NCBI GenBank assembly: GCA_034431315.1
Contig: DAOUDK010000065.1
Coordinates: forward strand, 8,542-72,541
Length of the DNA stretch: 64,000 nt
Source: Anaerolineae bacterium
GTDB taxonomy: Bacteria > Chloroflexota > Anaerolineae > VGOG01
Reading direction: 5' to 3'
Positions 28,696 to 37,868 of this stretch are shown here, in pieces. The position numbers and the translations under genes are program-made. Position 1 is the first letter of the stretch. The number at the start of each line of letters is the position of its first letter. Below the pieces are notes generated by a model. It saw only the letters and a program-made list of their open reading frames with translations, was not told where the DNA came from and searched no databases.

Positions 28696-29622
28696 TTATC
28701 CGCTATCCATCCGTTGTTCCCAAAGCCGGCAAAACGCACACAGCTCCGGCGCCGTGGTCGGCTGACCACAGTTCTGGCAATCGTGCAGCTCCAATGCTTT
28801 CTCTCGCACCGAGAGCAGTCCCTCCCTCTTGACCTTCAGAAAACTGAGGTAGAAGCTCAGCTTGGCCCCTGGCGAGCGGCTCTCTAATTGGTTGAGGAGC
28901 TTTTTATAGAAGATGGTTTTAGAGCCTTCGGCGTGGGGGCACTCGTCGTAGATGTAATCAATGCCCCGCACGATGGCGTAGGCCGCCGTCTCCCGCTCGT
29001 AGAGGCGGACGAAGGGTTTGACCTTGCGGGCCAGCCGGGGATAGGTGGAGGGGAGGACGGGAGACTGGCGGGCCAGATAGCCCACCTGCCAGTGAAGGGT
29101 GTTCTGCATCAGGACGGCGGCCTCATCGTCCAGGTTATGCCCGGTGGCGATGGCATGGTAGCCGCCCTGGTAGGCCAGGCGATTCATGATGTGGCGCTTC
29201 ACCAGCCCGCAAAGCGCACAGGGCTTGAGTCCTCGCCGCGTCCTCCGCGCCAGCTCCGGAACGCTCTCGCCATAAGTCTGCTTGACGTCCACCACGTGCA
29301 GCGTCAGGCCGCGCGCCTCGGCGAAGGCCTCCGCCTTGAGCTGGGACGCCGCCGAGTAGCCGTCGTCGCCGCCGATCCCCAGGCCGATGTACATCCCGTC
29401 GGCGCGATAGCCGAGCTGCGACAACACGTCCCACAGCGCCAGACTATCCTTGCCGCCGGAGACGGCCACCAGCAGTTGGTCGTCAGTGCCAAACATGCGG
29501 TACTTCTCGATGGCGCGCTGCGTGTAGTTTACGAACCACTCCACAAAATGCTCAGCGCACAGCGCCAACCGGTGCTGCCGCATGCCGATCACCGCCACGC
29601 CGCCACACTTTTTGCACTTCAT
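28696..29622 (-). CDS. ttuA: tRNA 2-thiolation PP-loop ATPase (TtuA/NcsA-like) with N- and C-terminal zinc ribbons
   Basis: SGGKDS PP-loop, N-terminal CKKCGG...C, C-terminal CQNCG...CAFC. ATG at 29622 after GAGGT. Confidence 0.75.
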   Translation of the reverse strand: MKCKKCGGVAVIGMRQHRLALCAEHFVEWFVNYTQRAIEKYRMFGTDDQLLVAVSGGKDSLALWDVLSQLGYRADGMYIGLGIGGDDGYSAASQLKAEAFAEARGLTLHVVDVKQTYGESVPELARRTRRGLKPCALCGLVKRHIMNRLAYQGGYHAIATGHNLDDEAAVLMQNTLHWQVGYLARQSPVLPSTYPRLARKVKPFVRLYERETAAYAIVRGIDYIYDECPHAEGSKTIFYKKLLNQLESRSPGAKLSFYLSFLKVKREGLLSVREKALELHDCQNCGQPTTAPELCAFCRLWEQRMDSG

Positions 29623-29644
29623 GAATGTACCTCGCGCACTGGGG

Positions 29645-29836
29645 CTATCCACCTGATATCACCGCCACCAACCTGATCACGTCGCCCTGGCGGATGATCG
29701 TCGCTTCGTTGATCAGCTTGCCGTCGCGCACGGGCAGGACAGCCTGAGGATCCAGCCCTACTTTCAGGATGGCATCTCGCACCGTCATCCCAGCCCGCAC
29801 TTCCCACTCCTTGTCTCGGAACATCACCTTGACCAT
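29645..29836 (-). CDS. ttuB: ThiS/MoaD-family sulfur carrier (TtuB-like) ending in Gly-Gly
   Basis: 63 aa, ...VAVISGG*. Overlaps the ttuA start region. Confidence 0.7.
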   Translation of the reverse strand: MVKVMFRDKEWEVRAGMTVRDAILKVGLDPQAVLPVRDGKLINEATIIRQGDVIRLVAVISGG

Positions 29837-29895
29837 ACTCCACTCCCCGTCCACTGCGAAATCTGTGCACCGTCTGACAGGAGATAGTATAATGC

Positions 29896-29929
29896 AAAAA
29901 GCCACCTGCGTCAACTACGCAGGTGGCTT
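29896..29929 (-). terminator. csp-type terminator hairpin (duplicated copy)
   Basis: aaaaagccacctgcgtcaactacgcaggtggctt, same as at 31121. Confidence 0.5.
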
Positions 29930-29950
29930 CTCTGTGTTACTGCGGTTCTC

Positions 29951-30063
29951 TTGAGCCTAGAGGCTCATTACGTCGGCGGCCTGAGGGCCTTTGGGGCTGC
30001 TCTCGATGGTGAACTCCACCCGGTCGCCTTCGTTCAGGTTGCGAAAACCGTCGCCCTGGATGG
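29951..30063 (-). pseudogene. cold-shock protein 3' fragment
   Basis: Encodes only the C-terminal portion ...[29 protein letters not shown]; the homology ends at an insertion junction. Confidence 0.5.
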
Positions 30064-30117
30064 CTGCGATTCGAGAGAATTTAGCGTGGTTGGAAAACAG
30101 AGGCTAACATTGCGTTG

Positions 30118-30747
30118 TTATCGCCACCTCGACGGTCGCCGAAGCACAAACCCATCGGCCTTGACGACCTCGTCGGGAAACACGCTCTTGGCAAGCGTAG
30201 TTCGGTCGAGGTGGAGACAGACATCCGCAACACTTTTGAGAGCATTGGAGTGTCTCTTGGGCGGGAACACTACGATCACGTGCTTTTGGGGGAACAACTG
30301 CTTGACCTTTTTTACTGGGCCAACCAGGTCGCCATCAGCAGAGATGAGCAATGCGATGTCAAAGTTATCCTGGGAAGCGTCGGTCAATAGTTCCATAGCG
30401 ATGTTCACGTCGGTCATTTTCTCATGGTGTGTGGTGTAGGTATGGCCGCATTTCCGACACGTGATTTTGTCTGCCAGGTAATGCCCGTAGTAGATGTGGA
30501 AATCAGGCAGTGTGCCGAGGGCTTCGAGAAAAGTGACCTGTCGTCGCTGTTTATCAGGAGGGTATTTTACTTTCGCCGTGAAATACTTGGTCGCGGCCAG
30601 CGTTTGATCCGGCCTCAAAAGATACTGGCTGACTTTTTGGATGTTCAGCCAATAGAAGCGCTTCCAGCCTTTGGCGCGCAGGCCAAAGTAGAGATTAAAA
30701 CCGTCAACGTAAGCGATGACACGTTTCATAACACAGCCTTGGCCCAT
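30118..30747 (-). CDS. NYN-domain (LabA-like) protein with zinc ribbon
   Basis: MKRVIAYVDGFNLYFG N-terminus typical of NYN/LabA RNase-like proteins, CRKCGH ribbon. Lies on an about 830-bp insert between direct repeats. Confidence 0.7.
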   Translation of the reverse strand: MGQGCVMKRVIAYVDGFNLYFGLRAKGWKRFYWLNIQKVSQYLLRPDQTLAATKYFTAKVKYPPDKQRRQVTFLEALGTLPDFHIYYGHYLADKITCRKCGHTYTTHHEKMTDVNIAMELLTDASQDNFDIALLISADGDLVGPVKKVKQLFPQKHVIVVFPPKRHSNALKSVADVCLHLDRTTLAKSVFPDEVVKADGFVLRRPSRWR

Positions 30748-30894
30748 AAAGGGACAGCCCCCCTTGCGGGGGGCGTCGGGCCGGAGATGCTATCTCCGGC
30801 GGGGTTGCTCATATTATATCTGATTCTTGATAGTTGTCAAATAGGCCGGCGATCCCGGCCGCTACGTCGGCTTTGCCGAGGAAGATGACGGCGC

Positions 30895-31061
30895 AGAATC
30901 GTCACTTCGTTGATCAGGCCGCTACGTACATGTGATGAAGCGGCGCCGTCGCGCACGGACAGAACAGCCTGCGGGGCCAGCCCTACTTTCAGGATGGCAT
31001 CTCGCACCGTCATCCCAGCCCGCACTTCCCACTCCTTGTCTCGAAACATCACCTTGACCAT
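30895..31061 (-). pseudogene. degraded second copy of ttuB (C-terminal frameshift, no GG end)
   Basis: MVKVMFRDKEWEVRAGMTVRDAILKVGL.PQAVL.VRDG then divergence. Confidence 0.5.
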
Positions 31062-31120
31062 ACTCCACTCCCCGTCCACTGCGGAATCTGTGCCCTGTCT
31101 GACAGGAGATAGTATAATGC

Positions 31121-31154
31121 AAAAAGCCACCTGCGTCAACTACGCAGGTGGCTT
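31121..31154 (-). terminator. rho-independent terminator of cspA
   Basis: gccacctgcg-tcaacta-cgcaggtggc followed by a T-run on the minus strand. Confidence 0.6.
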
Positions 31155-31181
31155 CTCTGTGTTACTGCGGTTCTCTTGAGC

Positions 31182-31391
31182 CTAGAGCCTCATTACGTCG
31201 GCGGCTTGAGGGCCTTTGGGGCTGCTCTCGATGGCGAACTCCACTCGGTCGCCTTCGTTCAGGTTGCGAAAACCGTCGCCTTGGATGGCCGAGAAGTGGA
31301 CGAACACATCGTCGCCACCTTCGCGCTCAATGAAGCCGTAGCCTTTGCCACCGTTGAACCACTTAACCGTACCCTGGGTTCTTTCAGTCAT
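31182..31391 (-). CDS. cspA: cold-shock protein CspA family
   Basis: GTVKWFN, RNP motifs KGYGFI and VFVHF. Confidence 0.9.
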   Translation of the reverse strand: MTERTQGTVKWFNGGKGYGFIEREGGDDVFVHFSAIQGDGFRNLNEGDRVEFAIESSPKGPQAADVMRL

Positions 31392-31642
31392 TAGCTGGTA
31401 TACCTCCTTCCCTGTGAAATGTTGTAGGGCGGAGCAGTTTGTTCTTCGTCGTGCTTACCAGCTCGCGCCGATTGGGCCACGACTGTACAAAGAAAACGCC
31501 CGAGGCGATAAGAAGCTCGGGCTGTTCATCATTTGAACCTCAAACAACAGCTTACTGCGTCCTACTGACAAGTATTGTACCATACTTTCCCGTTTCTGTC
31601 AAATCGGGTCATGGCATTTGGTGACGGGCGACTTTTTTGCTA

Positions 31643-31671
31643 TTGCCAAACGAGGCCAAATGTGATATACT
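31643..31671 (+). promoter_or_regulatory. sigma70-like promoter TTGCCA-17-TATACT
   Basis: Near-consensus hexamers; duplicated at about 37697..37725. Confidence 0.45.
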
Positions 31672-31678
31672 ATACTTA

Positions 31679-31815
31679 GCCAAATAGAAAAGGGATTACA
31701 AAGTCGTGTTTATTGTAATCCCAGCACCTACTCCTGAATGGCCCAGGAGACAGGCTAGGGGATATGATAGCACAAAGCCGCTTCCTGGGCAAGTGGGGGC
31801 GGCTTGTTTTGTGTT
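31679..31815 (+). ncRNA. candidate small RNA (about 137 nt), copy 1
   Basis: Promoter to terminator (aagccgc...gcggctt then TTTTG). Conserved internal hairpins. The only overlapping ORF is not conserved in copy 2. Confidence 0.4.
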
Positions 31816-31955
31816 TGGCACGTGGGAGTCTCGGGAATCTATGGAGAGCTGTTGGCTAACTGGCAGTCCTACCGCGGTGGCGGCTCAGAGTTGAAATGTC
31901 TACTCAACGAGGTATGTGCCATTAGAACCCCGAAGAATCAAGGTGATATAGTGAC

Positions 31956-33074
31956 ATGGCTCCACTAATAGGCGAACAGGACGAATTTGAAGGCATCTAT
32001 ACAGAGAGATTCCGCAATCTTGCCAGACCTTACGGTGAGTTTATACAGTATGAACGTGATCGGGCAGCTATAGATGTTGGGTTGCACCTTACTCAAAAGA
32101 CAGCTAGCCGATACAGGAGCCTCTCTAACACACGTATTTGGATACAACTGAAGGGTATTCGTAGCTCAACTCTCAAGCCGGCAGATTTCACTCAAGCCGA
32201 GTATATACCACTGGACCTGAAGATAGAGCATCTCAGATTCTGGTACGCCTCACCCGAGGCGGTATACCTCGTGGTCTATGTTGAGTGTGCGGATGTGTTC
32301 CTGGCCGAGGACGTCAAGGACATTGTAGACAGGCAATGGGGTGAGAGCATCTTTCATCCCAATACCTTCCCTGAAGGCCAGGTGAAAGCCAGGGTGCGAA
32401 TACCCAAGAGAGCATTACTTGATGACGGTGTCTGGTCAAGTATGCTCAGCCATCGGTCATTAAGAATTGATGGCCCGACATTTCGAGGACGCCCGCTTGG
32501 ACACAGGCTTGATCCACTGCGGTGTATTCCGAACAGGATGGAACCCTCGGTGTTCTCGGATGTAGTCAGTCGCTTGTTGTCTGTACATGGTTTTAAGCTC
32601 GTCCAAACACTTGATGAGAGCCTCCTATTCCCCAATCTGCGATCTTCAGGGGACATTGTGTCCCTCTCCGAGGGCATAATGTACTACACCTACGAATGGT
32701 TTCCGCAAATCTTCACTGAGTTTGGTTTTGACCCCGGTAGCGACTTCAGAATTGAGGGAGATATTATCCACGTTCAAGGCTCATGTGCGGTATTGATTCA
32801 TAGTAATAAGGTCTCATACCCTGACTGCGAAGCTCTGAGAGAGTTTGCGCAGGACTTGGTCGAAACCAAGAACATCAGGCATCTGCTGGTCTTCGTGAAT
32901 GATGATAATGACCCGGCGTATTTCGGTTCGTTCTTTGGGACGGCGCGCGGTACGGGTCTGGAGTGTATGCCTCAGCTTCTAGGTGACCTAGCCTTCAACT
33001 TACTCATTGCTACCACGGTCTACCTTGAGTTCCGTGACAAGATAACGTGGAGCATCGTGAATTATCTGTTCTGA
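31956..33074 (+). CDS. hypothetical protein with N-terminal PD-(D/E)xK-like (Mrr/NERD/DUF4365-like) motif
   Basis: IDVGLHL...RIWIQLKG resembles the D...(E/Q)xK core of restriction-endonuclease-like folds. GC clearly lower than the surrounding core. Confidence 0.6.
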   Translation: MAPLIGEQDEFEGIYTERFRNLARPYGEFIQYERDRAAIDVGLHLTQKTASRYRSLSNTRIWIQLKGIRSSTLKPADFTQAEYIPLDLKIEHLRFWYASPEAVYLVVYVECADVFLAEDVKDIVDRQWGESIFHPNTFPEGQVKARVRIPKRALLDDGVWSSMLSHRSLRIDGPTFRGRPLGHRLDPLRCIPNRMEPSVFSDVVSRLLSVHGFKLVQTLDESLLFPNLRSSGDIVSLSEGIMYYTYEWFPQIFTEFGFDPGSDFRIEGDIIHVQGSCAVLIHSNKVSYPDCEALREFAQDLVETKNIRHLLVFVNDDNDPAYFGSFFGTARGTGLECMPQLLGDLAFNLLIATTVYLEFRDKITWSIVNYLF

Positions 33075-33187
33075 GGAAGCGAAACAGAAGAAGAGCATAT
33101 ACTGGGGGGCTGAGCCGCCTCCCAAGCCTCAGATCCTTCAGCGACTTGCTGAAAGAAGAAGGCCGTTGGGTTCCCGGGCCTTTAGAT

Positions 33188-33457
33188 ATGAGAAATACAG
33201 TCAGTGATCCTCCCCCCAACCTCCAAACCCTCGCCCCCCTCCTCGAAGCCCAACCTCCCGAACTCCAAGAGGCTTTCCAGTTCCTGCTAGCCGCCACCAT
33301 GCAAGAGGCTGGCAAGTTTGAGCTTTCGAAAGTGATCGAGGTTGACGGTAGGTGGCACTACACATTCAGCGGTGTAGGTGAGGTGTTTAGCAAGGCGCCA
33401 GGGCTGAATGTAGCGAATCCCGATGCACTGCCACACGAAACGGAGGTTTTGCGATGA
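33188..33457 (+). CDS. small island-family protein, copy A
   Basis: ...[36 protein letters not shown]... then a junction-derived tail. Its stop overlaps the ATG of the next gene. Confidence 0.45.
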   Translation: MRNTVSDPPPNLQTLAPLLEAQPPELQEAFQFLLAATMQEAGKFELSKVIEVDGRWHYTFSGVGEVFSKAPGLNVANPDALPHETEVLR

Positions 33458-34953
33458 GAAGAAACAAGCTAGGGCTCTTGCTGGTAGCGTTGGGGATCAT
33501 CCTCGCCGCAACAGCCTGTACGCCAACTCCAACGCCTGCACAAGCTACTCCAACATCAGAACCTGTGCAGGCGACTCTAACTCCTGTCCCGCCGACAGCG
33601 ACGCCGATGCCGCCCACCAGGACTCCTGTCCCGCCAACGGCGACTCCCAGGCCCCCTACGCCAACACCTGCCCTGCCAACAGCAACACCCATACCGCCCA
33701 CGCCGACGCCTGTCCTGCCTACGCCTACGGGTACCCCTACGCCAGTGATCTACGTGGTTCAGGCAGGAGATACTTTGAGCGAGATCGCCAAGGAGTTCGG
33801 AGTTACCGTGGAAGCCCTCCTGGAAATCAACGCTATCTCCGACCCCACACGTTTGCAGATAGACCAGGAGCTCGTCATTCCCCAGCGGCAGGTAGCGGCT
33901 ACAGCCACGTCAACCTCCGTCTCACCGACCACCGCACAAGTGGTCCACGTGGTTCAGGAAGGAGATACTCTGAGCGAGATCGCCAAGCAGTACGGGGTGA
34001 CGGTCGAGGCTCTCCAGGAGGCCAACGCCATCTCAGATCCCAAGCGGTTGCAGATAGGCCAGGAGTTGATAATCCCCCAGGGTGGGACGATAACGCCGAC
34101 GATGGACATCACACCCGGTGTGCAAGCGACCCCAACAGTTGTAGGCGCTCCGGAAGGCATGGTCTTCGTTGGCGCCGGGGAGTTCATCATGGGCAGTCCA
34201 GACGGTGAGGGCCTTGACAATGAGCATCCCCAGCGCACCGTGTACCTTGATGCTTTTTACATCGGCAAATACGAGGTGACCAACGAGCAATTCTCGCAGT
34301 TTGTTGATGCCACTGGTTACACCACCGACGCTGAGACGGCAGGATGGGGGTGGGCCTGGGCAGGCGAGGATTGGGAAGAAGTGGAAGGGGCCGACTGGCG
34401 TCATCCACAGGGGCCGGGCAGCAGCATCGAGGGCAAGATGGATCATCCCGTCGTTCAGGTCAGTTGGAACGACGCCGACGCCTATTGCCAGTGGGCGGGC
34501 GTGCGCCTTCCCACGGAAGCAGAGTGGGAGAAGGCAGCGCGGGGCACCGACGGGAGGGAGTATCCCTGGGGGAACAGTGCGCCGGACGGGAGCAAACTGA
34601 ACTACTGTGACGTGAACTGTGAGCTTGCTTGGAAGGATTCGAGCGTAGACGATGGATACGCTGATACGGCACCCGTTGGACATTACGAGGCTGGAAAGAG
34701 TCCCTACGGAGCCTATGACATGGCCGGCAATGTCTGGGAGTGGGTAGCCGATTGGTATGACGCCGATTATTACAGTGAAGCACCTGAGCGAAACCCTCAA
34801 GGGCCCGACTCCGGGGAGAGGCGGGGGTTGCGGGGCGGCTCGTGGTCCGGCTATGAGGGAGACGCCCGCTGCGTTGATCGCTACGGGGGCGACCCGGACG
34901 TTCGCATCAGCCACTTCGGCTTTCGGGTGGCGGCTTCCTCTGGCTCTCCTTAG
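33454..34953 (+). CDS. lipoprotein: signal peptide, Pro/Thr linker, 2x LysM, formylglycine-generating-enzyme (SUMF1/FGE-sulfatase) domain
   Basis: Lipobox LAATAC, two LysM repeats ([17 protein letters not shown]; [17 protein letters not shown]), FGE family motifs ([18 protein letters not shown]). Confidence 0.85.
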   Translation: MRRNKLGLLLVALGIILAATACTPTPTPAQATPTSEPVQATLTPVPPTATPMPPTRTPVPPTATPRPPTPTPALPTATPIPPTPTPVLPTPTGTPTPVIYVVQAGDTLSEIAKEFGVTVEALLEINAISDPTRLQIDQELVIPQRQVAATATSTSVSPTTAQVVHVVQEGDTLSEIAKQYGVTVEALQEANAISDPKRLQIGQELIIPQGGTITPTMDITPGVQATPTVVGAPEGMVFVGAGEFIMGSPDGEGLDNEHPQRTVYLDAFYIGKYEVTNEQFSQFVDATGYTTDAETAGWGWAWAGEDWEEVEGADWRHPQGPGSSIEGKMDHPVVQVSWNDADAYCQWAGVRLPTEAEWEKAARGTDGREYPWGNSAPDGSKLNYCDVNCELAWKDSSVDDGYADTAPVGHYEAGKSPYGAYDMAGNVWEWVADWYDADYYSEAPERNPQGPDSGERRGLRGGSWSGYEGDARCVDRYGGDPDVRISHFGFRVAASSGSP

Positions 34954-35032
34954 GTTTGTTCTGGATGCTGGCTGCTGGAATCCCGACTTCTGTGCCCTCT
35001 GATCAAGAGAATGACAACAACCAGCAACCTTC

Positions 35033-35350
35033 CCCCAAACTCCAACCCCTCGCCTCCTTCCTCGACGCCCAACCTCCCGAGTTCAAGAGGCTTTCCAGTT
35101 CCTGCTAGCCACCGCCATGCACGAGGCTGGCAAGTTTGAGCTCTTGAACGTTGCAGAGGGTGATGGTAGGTGGCACTGCACATTCAGCGGTGTAGGTGAG
35201 GTGTTTAGCGTGGCGTGGCCAGAGATGAGTAAGGAGATGGAGAGAAGGGTTCGGAACACGAAGGTCACGAAAGCACACGAAATACACGAAAGGAAGTCCT
35301 GTCGGCAAGCAGACTTTCGTGCCTTTCGCGGCCTTTCGCAGCTTTCGTGA
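35033..35350 (+). pseudogene. small island-family gene, copy B (frameshifted, interrupted)
   Basis: Homologous to 33211..33400 with a 1-nt deletion. The 3' part (VFSVAWPEMSKEMER) runs into an inserted palindromic element. Confidence 0.4.
35265..35350. mobile_element. 86-bp MITE-like element with 10-bp terminal inverted repeats
   Basis: TIR tcacgaaagc / gctttcgtga. Internal ACACGAA(A)GG and CCTTTCG sub-repeats. Flanked by a duplicated roughly 50-bp block. Confidence 0.45.
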
Positions 35351-35394
35351 TCCAAACCGCCCCCGAGTCAGTGAGATAGCAGGCTGGCAAGCAG

Positions 35395-35495
35395 ACGAGG
35401 TGTTTAGCGTGGCGTGGCCAGAGATGAGTAAGGAGATGGAGAGAAAGGCGAGGGAGGAAGTGCGGGAGATACTTGAGGAGGAAGAGCCGCCTTGA
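35395..35495 (+). pseudogene. small island-family gene, 3' fragment copy C
   Basis: EVFSVAWPEMSKEMERKAREEVREILEEEEPP*. Confidence 0.35.
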
Positions 35496-35705
35496 GTGTT
35501 CGAGGGCAAAGCATGGCCGAGGTATAGGTTGGATTTTGGGCATCGTGATCTGCATAGCGCTGCCTACGGCCTAGCCGTGTTGGACGTTCTTATCCTTACA
35601 GAAAGAGAGCCCAGCCAGGCGATTTGCGCTTTTCGACCTAACCTGGTAAAATAGACCAGTCGAAACCGACCAAAGATTTGTGAAGCGGCAAAGAGGAGAT
35701 GTGCT

Positions 35706-36029
35706 ATGCCAGCAAAAAAAGACGAGGTCGTACACAAAGTGGCGATTCCCCTCGAATGGCAGATCCCTGAAGACCTTAAGACTCACTTCGCGACCAATGT
35801 GGTAGTTTCGCATTCTGAAGCTGAGTTTTTCCTGACTTTCTTTGAAGTGGTCCCGCCATTCATTTTGGGCGACGTCGAAAAACTGGCCGCATTGAAGTCT
35901 GTGCCAGCACAGGCGGTCGCTCGGATTGCCGTCGCTGCAGATCGCATGGAAGCCATTATTGATGCCATGCAGCGGAATCTAGAGAGCTACCGTAAGAGCA
36001 AAGAATCAGAAGAGGAAGAATCAGCATGA
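35706..36029 (+). CDS. DUF3467-family protein
   Basis: FATNVVVSHSEAEFFLTFFEV...VARIAV matches DUF3467 (ANxxxISHSxxEFxLDF...RI). Promoter-like TTGCGC-17-TGGTAAAAT upstream. Confidence 0.65.
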   Translation: MPAKKDEVVHKVAIPLEWQIPEDLKTHFATNVVVSHSEAEFFLTFFEVVPPFILGDVEKLAALKSVPAQAVARIAVAADRMEAIIDAMQRNLESYRKSKESEEEESA

Positions 36030-36433
36030 GCCCTGAATTAGTGGAGATAAGCGCACAACCAAGCTATCCAGTTGAGCTATTGTTTCCAATGGACAAGCAT
36101 ATAGATGCTGCCAGTGGTGTCTTTATGTATCCCTCTGTTGACGATCCCTCTGTCCCCTTTACTGATGACGTCGTCTCCCTGCCGGATGCCAACTACACCT
36201 TACAAGACCCGATTCCGGTGACTGTGGGTTACGAAGAGGGTTACTACCTCGTGAGCGATGATAGGTTCCTACGATATGGCACCGGTGCTACCCTGGCTGA
36301 AGCCAAGGAAGACTATGGCTATGCCCTGCTTGAATACTACGATGACCTGATCGAACTGGAAGAGTGTCTGGCGCCTCATCTCGCTTATGATTTGCAGGAG
36401 TTGCGCAATACAATAATTCCGCAAAGGCCATAG
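36026..36433 (+). CDS. HicB-like (UPF0150) domain protein
   Basis: YYLVSDDRFLRYGTGATLAEAKEDYGYALLEYY resembles the HicB antitoxin N-terminal fold. Translationally coupled (ATGA) to the DUF3467 gene. Confidence 0.5.
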   Translation: MSPELVEISAQPSYPVELLFPMDKHIDAASGVFMYPSVDDPSVPFTDDVVSLPDANYTLQDPIPVTVGYEEGYYLVSDDRFLRYGTGATLAEAKEDYGYALLEYYDDLIELEECLAPHLAYDLQELRNTIIPQRP

Positions 36434-36494
36434 CGATGCAACGTCGTGTTGTCCCTGGAAGCAATCCTTCTGCTGATCTAAGGCAGAGGAACAA

Positions 36495-36535
36495 AAAGCC
36501 CCTCGGCTTTCGAGGAGCCAGGGGCACGGCCAAGC
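36495..36535. repeat. about 45-bp repeat element, copy 1
   Basis: aaaaagc(c/t)cctcg(g/a)ctttcgaggagccaggggcacggccaag. Second copy at 62437..62480. Confidence 0.55.
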
Positions 36536-36606
36536 CGAAGATGGCCCAACAAGAGTACAAAAGCCACCTGCATCAACCGCACAGGTGGCTTTTTGTATGT
36601 GCCAAA

Positions 36607-36681
36607 GGGGTTATCTTCACGCAAGATTCACGCTAAATTCACGCGATTTTTGCCCACTGCCTGGGTGCAATCTGCTATAAT
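36607..36681 (+). promoter_or_regulatory. three direct ATTCACGC boxes followed by an extended -10 (TGCTATAAT)
   Basis: ttcacgcaag attcacgcta aattcacgcg ... tgctataat. Related palindrome at 38056. Confidence 0.4.
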
Positions 36682-36743
36682 AAAAGCGGTTCACCCCTGG
36701 GCAAGTGGGCGCGGCTTTTTTGCTAGTGCGGGATATTCTGACA

Positions 36744-37532
36744 ATGGTAAGCAATGAAAATGCTGACGTTGACAAACTCATAAGCTTCGGCCAAATGGCG
36801 CTCGAACAGGGCTGGTATGACCAGGCTCGCGAATACTTCGAGCAGGCGCTTGATTTGGACGCTTCCAACCAAGAGGCACTGAAAGGGCTTGTGCGGGCTA
36901 ACGAGATATTGAGCCGCAGGATGCCGACGCCCGCGGAGCCGATTGGAGACCAACCAGTCGCACCACCGCGCGAGGTTGCACGGAAAGTGCAAACAGGTTC
37001 ACTGATACAGTGGTTCGGGGGACAACCGAGGTCTCGCAAGATGATCATCTTGTCGGGCGTGCAGGTTTTGTTCATGTTCCTTTATGTTGGTCTGGCCGAC
37101 ATTATCAACCCTACTCCGAAAGTGACGCCGACGCCAGTATCCCTCGACATGCCGATACCGGCGGGGCCGGACGCAGAAGCCTTTGCAGAGATAGCGGGGT
37201 TGGGAACCATAGTAGATGCTATTAGCATAATAGAGGCAGAGCAGCCGCAGCCTACGGCGGTCGGTGAGGTTGAGGGTGGATGGCTTTGCGACTGGGATGG
37301 GCGCGGAGAGGTCGCCCTGTGGGCCAAGCCTGCCGTGGCCTCCCAGGAAGGCGACTCCATCGCAGCGGTCGTGGAGATGTCTACCAAGGGTTGCGTTGAT
37401 GCCATCCTCCTCGACGAGACAACATCAGACGGCACTGTTTTCTACCAGGTGCGGGTTGGCGGTGACCAGGGTTGGGTAGGTGCAGACTACTTCTATCCAA
37501 CCTCTACTGGTAAGCCAGGCTGGAGCCAATGA
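36744..37532 (+). CDS. hypothetical membrane protein (TPR-like N-terminus, one TM helix)
   Basis: ATG at 36744. The earlier ATG lies inside the terminator hairpin. Confidence 0.55.
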   Translation: MVSNENADVDKLISFGQMALEQGWYDQAREYFEQALDLDASNQEALKGLVRANEILSRRMPTPAEPIGDQPVAPPREVARKVQTGSLIQWFGGQPRSRKMIILSGVQVLFMFLYVGLADIINPTPKVTPTPVSLDMPIPAGPDAEAFAEIAGLGTIVDAISIIEAEQPQPTAVGEVEGGWLCDWDGRGEVALWAKPAVASQEGDSIAAVVEMSTKGCVDAILLDETTSDGTVFYQVRVGGDQGWVGADYFYPTSTGKPGWSQ

Positions 37533-37560
37533 ACAACGGCTTTCTCCCAAGAGCAACATG

Positions 37561-37700
37561 ACAGGATCGTCGCTTCGTTGATCAGCTTGCCGTCGCGCAC
37601 GGCCAGGACGGACTCAGGCCAACACCCCACCATCTGACAGGAGATGGTATGATGCAAAAAGCCACCTGCGTCAACCGCACAGGTGGCTTTCTGGTATTGC
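37561..37700. repeat. third, internally deleted copy of the ttuB 3' end plus csp terminator
   Basis: cgcttcgttgatcagcttgccgtcgcgcacgg...ctgacaggagatggtatgatgcaaaaagccacctgcgtcaaccgcacaggtggcttt. Confidence 0.6.
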
Positions 37701-37732
37701 CAAACGAGGCGAAATGTGATATACTATGCCTA

Positions 37733-37868
37733 GCCAAATAGAAAAGGGGTTACAGAGTCGTGTCTCTGATAATCCCAACACCCACTCCTGAACGGCCCAG
37801 GAGATAGGCTTGAGAGATTATAGCACAAAGCCGCTTCTTGGACAAGTTGGGGGGGGCGGCTTTGTGTG
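37733..37868 (+). ncRNA. candidate small RNA, copy 2
   Basis: About 85% identical to 31679..31815 including promoter, internal hairpins and terminator. Confidence 0.4.

Noticed and set aside
31706-31894. 62-aa ORF overlapping the candidate sRNA
   Set aside because: It reads through the terminator, and the second copy carries a stop codon at the equivalent position. Conservation is nucleotide/structure-like, not codon-like.
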